A stretch of DNA of 64,000 nucleotides, taken from positions 42,723,552-42,787,551 of the forward strand of contig NC_057728.1 of the NCBI RefSeq assembly GCF_004010195.1. The letters are read 5' to 3'. The stretch's first letter is position 1. Each line of letters opens with the position of its first letter. Both the position numbers and the translations under genes were made by a program. This DNA is from Chiloscyllium plagiosum. Lineage: Eukaryota. Below are positions 28,235 to 39,353 of this stretch, piece after piece. Under the pieces are notes generated by a model. It searched no databases. It worked only from the letters and a program-made list of their open reading frames with translations, and was not told the DNA's origin.

Positions 28235-29006
28235 GTAAGTACCAAGAGAATATTTTATGATGATTCTAACGGATGTTATAGATATTGCATTCTTAATTTA
28301 TGTATGTATTAAATTGTTTATGGGAACTGTTATATATTAAGCATCTGGGGAAACATGTGAGTGGACTTAAAAGATTATTGGGAAAATAAGGCAGTGGGAC
28401 ATGAGGGAACACTATATTAAAAGTTTGCAGTCTACAGACATTGACTCAAAAATGAGGAGTACTTCTTAGTTGAAGTACTGTGGACAATTTTGGTTGTCTC
28501 ACACTCGTATTTCAGTGAGACTATGAGTGGTAGAGGAGAATTAGTTAGAGTGAGGGAGAGGGAGGAAACATGTGGGAAATAAGGAAAGGAAGAGAAAGAG
28601 AGGTGAGAAAGGATATATGGATTGAAATGGAATGGCAGACAGGAAGTTTGACTCCAGACTGTTTAAGTGATGCTCAGTGAATCATTTGCTCAGAAAAAGG
28701 CAAAATAATACTCAGGGCACAGGGGTGAGAGGCAGGTGATAGCTGTTTCTCTAAGGGCTGTGGTCCAATTATCTAAGTGATGGTTGGTGTGTGGAATGGG
28801 GAGTGTACTGATCAATGTGGAAGGGAGTGTTTGCTTGTCCAAGGAGATGGTTCCATGTGCAGTTTAGGGATTAATTCCATATAACTGTGCTGACTGATAG
28901 CACACAATATGCCTGCTAACTGGGGGAATAGAATTTGAAATTGAGCTTTTTTTAATTCTATACTTTAATTGAGAGAAAATTAGTAATTGGGTAATGTGGA
29001 TTTCCA

Positions 29007-29228
29007 CTCGTGTTCAAAGTTTGGGAGAAGATTTGTAGCTCGGGTGCTCGTTGTTGTGGTTCTGTTCGCCGAGCTGGGAATTTGTGTTGCAGACGTTTCG
29101 TCCCCTGTCTAGGTGACATCCTCAGTGCTTGGGAGCCTCCTGTGAAGTGCTTCTGTGATCTTTCCTCCGGCATTTGTAGTGGTTTGTATCTGCCACTTCC
29201 GGTTGTCAGTTCCAGCTGTCCGCTGCCA
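29007..29228 (-). mobile_element. Penelope (Poseidon-like) terminal fragment
   Basis: Low-divergence CpG-rich island containing a hammerhead. Confidence 0.65.
29089..29128 (-). ncRNA. Minimal type I hammerhead ribozyme
   Basis: GCA-CTGAGGA-T-GTCACCT-AGAC-AGGGGAC-GAAACGTC-TGC: intact core with stems I and II. Confidence 0.8.
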
Positions 29229-29336
29229 TCTCTGATCACCTCCTTTTGTCACTCGCTGGGCACAACTTCCTGCCACAGCCTATCTCCCTTTTGTGGTTGC
29301 CCCTGATAAGAATAATCCCCAAGCCTGTGTCACATA

Positions 29337-29960
29337 TAGACAGGCTGGTTAAAAAGGCATTTGGCAAGCTTGCCTTCATTGCTCATTCCTTTGAGTATAG
29401 GAGTTGAGAAGTCATATTGAGATTGCACAGGACATTGATGAGGCCTCTTCTGTAATACTATGTCCAGTTCTGGTCACCTAGTTATAAGGAATGCGTGGGT
29501 TTAGAAGAGATTTAACAGGATGTTGCCAGTTATGGAAGGTTTGAGTTACAAAGAAAGGCTGGATAAGCTGGGACTTTTTTCACTGGAGAGGCAACCTCAT
29601 AGAAGTTTATAAAATAAGTGGGGTATAGATAGAGTTAATGGTAATTATCTTTTCCCGAGGATGGGGGATTTCAAGGCTAGGGGGAGCATTTTTAAGGTGA
29701 GAGGAGAGAGATTTAAAAAAGACGTGAAGTGAAACTTTTTTACACAGAGGATGGTTCTAGTGTGGAATGAACCTCGAGAGGAAGTGATGGATATGGGTAG
29801 AGTTACAACATTTAAAAGACATTTGGATAAGCACCTGAATGGGAAAGGTTTGGAGAGATATGGGCCAAGAGCAGTCAGGTAAGACTAGTTTAATTTGGGA
29901 TTATGATCAGTGTGGACTGGTTGAACTGAAGGGTCTGCTTCTGTGCTGTATGACTCTATA
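29337..29960 (+). mobile_element. CR1 LINE 3' fragment
   Basis: Similar to other CR1 copies; tail ctgtatgactctat. Confidence 0.8.
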
Positions 29961-30928
29961 ACTGTGCTTTCAAAATCCAAACTGGCCCAATCTGTGGTCC
30001 TCTACCTATACCACAATATTTCTGCAGCAACCACTTCCACCTTTGTTCATCTAGTCTTTCTCACCCTGGCAATTCCACTGATATAGTTACTATCTCCACT
30101 CTTTTAGGTCCAAAGGATGCAACTATGAAAAATAAGAGTGGTATAGCTATCCAGAGTTAGACTTGGCTGCATCACAGAAAGCATGATCAGGTGTTACAGA
30201 TACCAGCGCTGTGCTTTACTCCAGGATCATCCTGAAATGCAAAGATAACCTCAATTTTTCTTTTTCCCCTGCAAATTGTCTTCTTAACCCCTCTCCTCTA
30301 TCTCCTCCACACTCAGTTCGACATTAAGTGCAAAGAAATCATGCACTTCTTTGTCAAAATCAAAATCAAGATCATGAACATCATGCTCAGATGCCTTTGC
30401 TACCTTTCTCCCTTTCACTAGCTCACCTGGCCAGACTTCATTAATGTTCTGCCCACCCTCCCTAATACTGAACTTGCATCATATCGAGTTTCTCTCCTTT
30501 CTCTCCACTCATTCCCTCTTTGAGCTCATCTTGTCCAATAGGCTCACCTCCTATTCTCTCAATCCTTCTCCCAGTCCTTAGCCACTGAACTGCTGATTTC
30601 CTATCTTAGCCTCTCTTCGTCCCCAGGTTAGCTGAGATTCAAGTGTTGCCCTTCCTCCTCAAAATCATCACTGCTGAATTCACTGTCACACTTTATTGTC
30701 AGACTGCTTATCTGGTATTGCTGGTTGAGCAAATATATTGGGAAGACTGAAGCTATTTTCAGTCTCCATTTCATTTGCACTTCCTATCTATCTGTTCCAT
30801 CCCACTGTCTGGCAGATGTCTGAGGCAAAAATAGACTGTTTTCAGCCATGGTGTAATATATATTGTGGCATCACTAAAACTGTCTATTTCTATCTCTGTA
30901 ACATTCTTCAACTTCAATCCTTTGTCAC

Positions 30929-31436
30929 TGTTAGCGCGGATGAAATGATATCAGTCCGAGCCCAGAGTGCGGTTCAACAATCAGTAACGTTTATTACTGC
31001 AGTAACGCCGGCGGAGATCAGCCGAGGTCCGAATCTCGGCTACTCTGCTGTTCCCGCGCGCAGCTTCATATTATATACTTTTAGTTGTCAGGATGTGTGG
31101 GATTTGAGGATGAATGGGATGATAGTTCCCCATCATCACTGGAGTAGGTGCGAATAGGCTGTTTCCTGCCGTCCCAGGAGACTTGCAGGGCATGCACAAT
31201 AGGGTGCTAATTGGTTTATGTAAAACGGGTCCGGGTATTATCTGCTTGTCTCTCTCTGTGAGGGCAGGGACTAGCACCCCCCTTTGTTCCCTTGGCGTGT
31301 TGGTGTGTATTGGTCTGTCCGTACCTGTCTGGTGGATGCCTGTCCTTTGTATCAGAATGGCTCCGTATCAATGGGTATGTGTGTGTTTCAGTCAGTCTCT
31401 TGATGTGATTAGGAGATGGGTTTCCATATTTAATTA
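30929..31436 (-). repeat. 3' LTR (visible U5-R-part of U3; remainder in gap, predicted to end near 31660)
   Basis: On the - strand: TATATAA at 31077-31071, AATAAA at 30995-30990, terminal ...CGCTAACA; shares 100 bp with the other LTR. Confidence 0.9.
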
Positions 31437-32067
31437 NNNNNNNNNNNNNNNNNNNNNNNNNNNNNNNNNNNNNNNNNNNNNNNNNNNNNNNNNNNNNNNN
31501 NNNNNNNNNNNNNNNNNNNNNNNNNNNNNNNNNNNNNNNNNNNNNNNNNNNNNNNNNNNNNNNNNNNNNNNNNNNNNNNNNNNNNNNNNNNNNNNNNNNN
31601 NNNNNNNNNNNNNNNNNNNNNNNNNNNNNNNNNNNNNNNNNNNNNNNNNNNNNNNNNNNNNNNNNNNNNNNNNNNNNNNNNNNNNNNNNNNNNNNNNNNN
31701 NNNNNNNNNNNNNNNNNNNNNNNNNNNNNNNNNNNNNNNNNNNNNNNNNNNNNNNNNNNNNNNNNNNNNNNNNNNNNNNNNNNNNNNNNNNNNNNNNNNN
31801 NNNNNNNNNNNNNNNNNNNNNNNNNNNNNNNNNNNNNNNNNNNNNNNNNNNNNNNNNNNNNNNNNNNNNNNNNNNNNNNNNNNNNNNNNNNNNNNNNNNN
31901 NNNNNNNNNNNNNNNNNNNNNNNNNNNNNNNNNNNNNNNNNNNNNNNNNNNNNNNNNNNNNNNNNNNNNNNNNNNNNNNNNNNNNNNNNNNNNNNNNNNN
32001 NNNNNNNNNNNNNNNNNNNNNNNNNNNNNNNNNNNNNNNNNNNNNNNNNNNNNNNNNNNNNNNNNNN

Positions 32068-33628
32068 GGACCTCTGAGATGTGAGCTTGCCCAATCGTGA
32101 CTGGGCGCCTGGGGGTGAAGCAGAACTCGTGCTGGGGAATCGGGCACTGCAGTCCATTATACCAAAATGAGGTTTCAAGAGTGGAGACACAGTATCGTTC
32201 CCCCCCCCAACCATATCCAGCCCTAGTGAAGTGGGGGCCCGTGGGTTCGATTTCAAGGGTGCAGCCCTGTGTCCGGTTGAACCCGCAGTCTGCTGTTTCA
32301 CTCCTTTGTAAGGGGTTAGGGCAGATGATAATTGCCCCCTGCTGCTTGCAGCCTGTAAGCGGCACCCCGTACACAGCGCCGTTTCGAGATATGGCTGTGT
32401 GGTGAGCTAATCGATATTTGAGGGAAGCGTTTTCCCGTATGACACCGATGTTCTCAATGTGAAACAGGGGAAATGGCCCCGACTCTGGGGTGACCACGGG
32501 GATCAGGAGGACAATCCCGACTCCTGTCGCCTCACTGACCTCACAGTCGGGAACCATTGGGTATATTCTGGTCATACCCTTCAGAGTCCGGCTGTCGAGC
32601 GGCCTGGAGTGCCCCGCGAGTGAGGCCAGTTTGGCACTGTCGATCCAGTCGGGCACCTCCCCCCTTTGGACCTGGTCAAGATTTTGCCGGATCTGGGCTA
32701 CCATCCACAGGCCATACACATGACACAGCTGCCCCTCGTTGATATGGGCCGTGTTTTCTCTTTCCCGGTCTATAAGGCGGTTAATGGTGTGGACGTGTGT
32801 CTCCAGGACTGCAATGCCGTCGAGCTGGATGTACGCTCCCTCTTCCCCCAGGCGTGCCTGGTCTGCCTGATCTGTGAGAGACCTCTGTAGCAGGTCCCTC
32901 ATTACCCCTTTTAGTTGCTCGACCTTTTCGCTAAGGCCCTGGATGCCTAGGGAGTTTACTACGGATGTCCCCGTGTTGAGTCCTGTGAGAGCATCGTTGA
33001 CTATGTCCCGTCTGTGTCGTTGTGTGTGCGTGTTATGTATGTCATTTCGGTAGTGGGTTGCCCCCATGGCATCTATGGCCCTCTCTATAACCTCCTTCCC
33101 CATCATGGCGTATAGGTTGCGTACCTGTGCTGTGCAATAGTCCGGTACCCGGATGCCCGATATATTGACCAGCACAGGCACGACCTCGTGTCGGACGTTG
33201 TCATAAAGGGCCTCTCTCTCGTCCCACAATACCAGACCCCCCGCGGGCCCCGGTCCCAGGGCGAGGCATGGCAATATCTCGGGAGTCGTGGTCGGGGGTG
33301 GTGTGGTCGGGGCGGGTGGAAAGCACAAATACAAAGAGACTACCGCGGCATCAGTAGGCTCGTAATATCCGCAAACAGACAAATCCCGTACAGTAACGGC
33401 ATCAAATGCCGGGGCAGAGGAGAGGTCCTCTGGCATGGCACACATTGTCCCGAACATGCAACCCCCCAAGTCCATCGCCTCAGCACGCCGGAGGCAGGTC
33501 GGCCGCGGGTCGTGCTCCGACGTGCAGAATAAACAGAGTGTCTGTACGCCCGGGAGAACTTCCCCTTGCAGGAATACAGATGGCGTCGGACGTGTTGAAG
33601 GCAACACCGTGGCGGTAGAAGTTGTCAT
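32068..33628 (-). CDS. env: Envelope glycoprotein, class I F-like (about 520 aa visible, C-terminus in gap)
   Basis: Furin site RHRR at 33019-33008, then a Gly/Thr/Val-rich fusion-peptide-like segment, a heptad helix, a long Cys-rich beta region and N-glycosylation sequons (NIS, NAS, NRT). Lies between IN and the 3' LTR. Confidence 0.88.
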
Positions 33629-33707
33629 ATATTTCGGGGAAGGAAGGCACTAGTCGTAGGGCGAAGTGGAGAGCAGGGAGGAGAGCGGTACACCGGTGAA
33701 GCATGAT

Positions 33708-33730
33708 CTGTGGGAAGAGTGGGAGAGAGG
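33708..33730 (-). promoter_or_regulatory. Putative env splice acceptor (cctctctcccactcttcccaCAG|ATCATG)
   Basis: Pyrimidine tract plus CAG between the IN stop and env, 3 nt before an ATG at 33704. Confidence 0.65.
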
Positions 33731-33870
33731 CACCCTTACCAAGGGTGTAGGGTTAGTGTGTGTAGGAGCAGGTCTCCCTGGAACCGGTCCACCCGTTGCA
33801 CTGTAAGGAGAAAGAGGGGCGGTTAGAGTCAAGTCAAAAGGTGGGGGGTGAGTGTCTGTCCGGTCGAGGC

Positions 33871-34497
33871 TTAAGGGTAGGGTTTAAGCTGGGACCAGTG
33901 TTTCCACCTGCCCTTTCCTTTCATGTCGAGACAGGCACACGTGTCGCTGGTGAGGATGTTTTCGTGCAGTCCCAGCCACCGGGGGGCGAAGTCGGGCCGG
34001 TCGGGGGCAGCCCTGACCAGGACTTTGTCCCCAACGCCGGGAAGGGGTTGGGCGGGCACATGCGGCTGCAGTTTTGCCTGGTCCCTAATGTCCTGCTGGT
34101 CGCGCGCAGTTTGTCTAAGGGCCCGCAGCTGCGTGTCCAGCTGCCTGATATAGCGCGTCATCCTGTCCCTCAGGGGGGCCATGTCTTCCCCCCCAACCAT
34201 GACGTTCTCTGGTAGTCACATGGTCCTCCCCGTCATGAGCTCGAAGGGGGTGAGGCCAGTGGAGCGGCCTGGGGTGGCCCTCAAGCGCATCAGTATGCAG
34301 GGCAGAACGTCCACACAGCCCTGCCCTGTTTCGGCGATCGCCTGTGCGATCGCAGCTTTGAGGGTCCGGTTCATGCGCTCGACCATCCCGGAGCTCTGGG
34401 GATGGAACGGGACGTGGAAGCGCTGTCTGATGCCTAGGAGGCGGCAGGCCAGTTTCATTGCGCGTCCGGTAAAATGCGTACCCTGGTCTGAGTCTAA
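33871..34497 (-). pseudogene. pol: Retroviral-type integrase, catalytic core C-half plus C-terminal domain
   Basis: DSDQGTHFTG...HPQSSGMVERMNRTLK...TPFELMTGR, an in-frame TGA at 34218-34216, then ...GDKVLVR...PRWLG...RWKHWSQLKPYP*. The 5' part of pol is missing. Confidence 0.93.
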
Positions 34498-35631
34498 ACA
34501 TTTTGAATTGACCTGCAGGGTCCAAGGCTTTTTACAAAGTGAAAGGTTAGGGTTTCTTCTACTCTTTGTGTGAAGAAATGCTTCCTGACATTATCCTTTT
34601 GCTGTCTGGCTTTAATTTTACACAGTCTTGCTCTTGATTCTCCTGTCAGAGGAAATCGTTTCTCTTTGTCTGCCCTTTCAACTCTTTTAGTTATCTTAAA
34701 CAATCCAATTAAATCATCACCTTCATTGTATGGAGTATTTGGGTGTAATCAATGTGGAATTCATGCTCAAATTCTAATTGTTCTGTCATATTTTTGCCAA
34801 TAGTCTTCCTTTCCAGTAGCTTCCTGGACATTATCTCCCCAGCTCAAGTTAAGCAAATCTTGCAGCCTCATTTTAAATCCTTAAAAATTTGGCCTTTCCA
34901 ATTTGAGCATGAGATTCCATCTTGCATTCCCGCAAGGTAAACATAGAAATTTGTTCTTGTTAACTTTGCTATTTGGCTTCCTCTGCGATTCTGGCAGATT
35001 AACTTGTGAACTTCTGGGATATCTTTTGGAAAGCCAATAACCCAGCCCTACAAATGGCTTTTTGTAGACCCCTTGTCTGTCAAGGTCAATCTCCATGGCA
35101 GCATGAATCATATGAGTCTTCTTGTATCCAGCCAGATAGAAATGGTCATTAGCTAACCTTTAGTTTCCAACTATTGGACTCAAGTAACTAATTTAAAGCA
35201 AAAAAAAANNNNNNNNNNNNNNNNNNNNNNNNNNNNNNNNNNNNNNNNNNNNNNNNNNNNNNNNNNNNNNNNNNNNNNNNNNNNNNNNNNNNNNNNNNNN
35301 NNNNNNNNNNNNNNNNNNNNNNNNNNNNNNNNNNNNNNNNNNNNNNNNNNNNNNNNNNNNNNNNNNNNNNNNNNNNNNNNNNNNNNNNNNNNNNNNNNNN
35401 NNNNNNNNNNNNNNNNNNNNNNNNNNNNNNNNNNNNNNNNNNNNNNNNNNNNNNNNNNNNNNNNNNNNNNNNNNNNNNNNNNNNNNNNNNNNNNNNNNNN
35501 NNNNNNNNNNNNNNNNNNNNNNNNNNNNNNNNNNNNNNNNNNNNNNNNNNNNNNNNNNNNNNNNNNNNNNNNNNNNNNNNNNNNNNNNNNNNNNNNNNNN
35601 NNNNNNNNNNNNNNNNNNNNNNNNNNNNNNN

Positions 35632-35956
35632 TGCCTGTCCTTTGTGTCAGAATGGCTCCGTATCGATGGGTATGTGTGTGTTTCAGTCAGTCTCTTGATG
35701 TGATTAGGAGATGGGTTTCCATATTTAATTAATCCCGGAGTTTTGGCCCATGAGTCATGGGTAATGTTGGTCTAGTGTGGATTCTATCTGTCCTCTGTCT
35801 CCGATCTCCCAGTCACGTGGGCAGACCGGCAGCTGCTGAGTTTTTGTGGGTTTAAAGCTGCGACTGCTGTTTGGGACACAAAAATGAATTCTTATCGTTT
35901 CCTGATGTAGGCATAGTCCCGTGGCAAATGCGGGGCGGCTCTGATGCCCGCTTGCA
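35632..35956 (-). repeat. 5' LTR (visible U3 part; about 408 bp more predicted in gap 35209-35631)
   Basis: Starts TGCAAGCG on the - strand next to the TSD; overlap with the 3' LTR gives a composite LTR of about 733 bp. Confidence 0.88.
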
Positions 35957-37321
35957 GTCACCTTCAGACTTTTCTATCCTAAACACTCTGGTTGATCTCA
36001 CGTATTCTACCTTTTATATACTTGAACTCGGCCATAACTCTGAGGTTTTTGCATACTTATCTTTCACGCCACTGTACAACTTGTTCACAGTTCAGCAAAG
36101 TCTTCAATTGAAAATTCTCATCCTTGTTTTCAATTTCCTCCACAATCTCATCTGCCCCCATCTCTAATTTCCTCCAGTTCCACATCCTATATACTTGCAC
36201 TTCGCTAACTCCGACTTCATGAGCATCTCCAATTTTAATCTCTCAATCATCACTGTGCAAGCGTTTGGTTACCTAGGCTGTAAGGTATAAAATTCCTATG
36301 CCTCTATTGTCTCTTTTAAGACAGAGGTTAAGCTTATCTCTTTAATTGAGCATTTCTTCATTTGAAATAATATCTCTAGTGTGGCCAGATGTCATATTTT
36401 GTTTCATAATGCCCGTGCAATGTATCGTGAGTTGTTTTATTGGATGAAAGATGCTTCATAACAATAAGTTATTGTTGGAGGACAATCTATGGTCATGGCT
36501 GTGTGGGTCGAGAGGTAGATTCAGTAAATCTGTTGTTTTGTCCTCCATTAGGCATTGGGTTGTGGGAACTTTATTTCTTCCAGGATATGTGAACAGTTAT
36601 ATTTTTTTCACATTTCTAACTTTATTTGTACCATCTGCTACTAACATGACCATTCTTTAAACTCAGATTGCTGCAATGCCTTCTGAAGGATGAAATTAGA
36701 AATTGAAGTAATATTTTACAGGCTTTAGCTGTTTATAGATTTATTGGTTGACTATCACATAATGGTAGGTGGGTGGCCACTTATCAATAGGTCACATTGT
36801 GTTATCCTGACAGTGCAGGTAGTCCAGGAATGAAGTCACTTTCATTTCTGATGTGAGCACAATAGAGAAAATTCTTGATTACCTTGATTTCTGCCAAAAC
36901 CCAAGAGACTACGAGAGATGGAATTTTGGGAATTCCCCTAAATGTGGGTGAGTATGTGGAAAATGTAACCTCAACATCTTTTTCTCCCACTCCAGCTCAC
37001 CACTGGAATTTACAGTCTAAGGGAGACAGATTGTTGATGTTTATGAGGTTCCTGACCCTCCAGATGGTGTTGTTATTTCTGTCCTGTCCAGTTGGAGGAA
37101 CTTTGGGAATGTAATGTATAATGCTGTTTGTAAGGAGGAACATCTTTGCATTTTTGTATTAAAGATATTGTCCTTTCACCCAGCCCCAATATGTTACTGT
37201 TTAAATTGCTGTGTTGTTTTATGTATTAGTAAATTAACAAACACATAAGAAATGATTAGTGTGTATGTCTATTGGATTGTCACTGGTTGCTGAGATAAAG
37301 GTGTGAAATAACTGTTTGCAG

Positions 37322-37450
37322 TTCCAGAAGAACCACCTCAAAACCTAATTGTAAGTAAGATTACATCAAGGTCATTCCGAATTAATTGGGATCCACCAGC
37401 AACAGTTACAGGAAGATTCTCTTACAGAGTTGAGCTCAATGGCCTATTTG
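37322..37450 (+). CDS. PTPRQ: PTPRQ exon (PEEPPQNL...[21 protein letters not shown])
   Basis: tgcag| and |gtaagt; phase 1 to 1. Confidence 0.95.
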
Positions 37451-39144
37451 GTAAGTGGTGTGAACTTCAATGTAAATGGGAAGTTCCATTATTATACACT
37501 TTGTACTGCTAAGTTACCTGGGAAACCTAATTTCCTGATCTGAGGAAAGGAAGACCTCATTTATGTTGTTTAAATATTCTGGTTAATTTCAGCTTGGCTG
37601 CATATGCTCCCTTCCAGTTTTCCCTTTACCTCAATTTTCCCATGGTGGAAATTTTATTCTCTCCCTCTGTCCCAGGAGGGAGCTTTTTGGCAGTGGGAGG
37701 AAGGACATAAAATTGGGTGGGATGGTAGATGCAATATGCCTGTGGTGTACACACCCCAGTGGTATTTTACCAGTGTCATGCACAAACTCCAGACTTGGAC
37801 TGATAAGTGGCAAGTAACATTCACAACACACAAGTGCCAAGTAATGATCATTTCCAGCAAAAGGAACCCAACCCTGAGGAAGGGCCTATGCCCAAAACGT
37901 CGATTTTGCTGCCCCTCGGATGCTGCCTGACCTGCTGTGCTTTTCCAGCACCACACTCTTGATGCTGATCTTCAGCATCTGCAATCCTCACTTTCTACTA
38001 GCAAAAGAAACCCAGTCTATGTTCGCTTGATATTTAAAATTATTACTATTGTTCAACCCCCCCCACCAATATCAACATCCTTAGGATTAACAATGATCAG
38101 AAGCTGAACCAGACCAGGCAGATAAATACTGTGACTACAAGTACTGGTCAGAGGCTAGGAATTAAGTAACAAATAATACACCTCCTGTCTCTGCAATGTC
38201 TGTCCAAAATCAACAAGGCACATATCAAGAGTGTCATGGAATACTCTCCTCTTACCTGAATGGTTGCAAACCAAACAATATAATAAAAAAGTTTGACACC
38301 ATCTGGAACAAAGTAGCCCTCTTAATTGGCGCCCCATACACAACCTTCAAAATATACTCCTTGCATCATTGGGACATTGTAGAGCAGTGTGTACCATCAA
38401 CAAGATGTCCAGTAACAACCCACCCACGATTCTTAAAAAGTACCTTCCAAACCTGCAAACCTCTACCACTTGGAAAGGAAAGGGCAGTAGGTACAGGAGA
38501 ACATCAATTTTTATAAATTCCATTGTAAGCTATATCACATCCTGACGTTGAACCATAGCATTGTTCCTTCATTATCATGGAATCAAAATTGTGGAACTCC
38601 CTTCCTAATAGTGCTTTGGGTGTCCCTATACCCAAAGACTGCAATAGTCCAAGAATGCAGCTCACCATCAGCCTTTCAATGTCAAGTAAGGAAGGACAAT
38701 AAATGCTGGCCTACCCATGTCCTATGAATGAATCAAAAAACAGAGCATTACCCTCTTGGGCAATTGAAGCCCTTAAGTAGTTATTGTAATTTTATCAGTC
38801 TTTGTCTAACTCTTTCTTGGATACATTCAGTGTCTCATCTTTCATTGCTGCTGGGAGAGGAGAATTCTAAAGACTAACCAGCCTTTAAGAGATTGTATTC
38901 TTCCTCACCTCCATCTTAAATAGGACACTCCTTTATTTTGAAACTGCTGACTAGTTCTGGATTCTCCCATGAGAAGAGATAGCATTTACTGTGTCAGCAT
39001 TTACTGTGTTAAGCCCTGTCAGAATTTTATGAGATTCAATAATATCTCTCTTTCTTCCAAACTCCAATGCTAACTTGCTCAACCTTTCCTCATAAAACAA
39101 CCCTTTCATTTGGAAATCAGACCAGTGGAATGTCTCTGAGTTGA

Positions 39145-39353
39145 GTTTAGATTGGAGTGGTGCTGGAAAAGCAGGAAAAAAACAGAGCATGACCCTCTTG
39201 GGCAATTGAAGCCCTTAAGCCCTTCATTCCTGATGAAGGATTCTTGCCCGAAACACTGATTTTCCTGCTCCTGGGATGCTGCCTGACCTGCTGTGCTTTT
39301 CCAGCACCACTCTAATCTAGACTTTGATCTCCAGCATCTGCAATCTTCACTTT
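39145..39353. mobile_element. Penelope-like end insertion inside an old CR1
   Basis: 14-bp TSD TGTCTCTGAGTTGA at 39131-39144 and 39354-39367. Confidence 0.75.

Larger units (their letters stand above)
30929..35956 (-). mobile_element. Internally deleted endogenous provirus (LTR - partial integrase - F-like env - LTR), lokiretrovirus-like
   Basis: TSD GTCAC at 30924-30928 and 35957-35961. Termini TGTTAGCG...CGCTTGCA form an imperfect inverted repeat. Direct repeat 31337-31436 = 35632-35731 (98/100). Integrase and env ORFs; GC/CpG-rich against AT-rich host. Confidence 0.92.
30000..36478 (+). mobile_element. Old L2-like LINE interrupted by the provirus
   Basis: Removing 30929-35961 restores cctttgtcac|cttcagactt, a continuous L2-like RT 3' region; L2-like tail near 36450-36478. 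The 5' boundary is approximate. Confidence 0.55.

Noticed and set aside
31183..32301. Long ORFs of 305, 361 and 237 aa in the ORF track
   Set aside because: Artefacts of reading through the N-gap 31437-32067; the 732-aa env length is inflated the same way.
34804..34936. Exon-like segment (tag|...aag|gtaaac) inside the provirus filler
   Set aside because: No recognisable protein similarity; splice-like motifs alone are insufficient.
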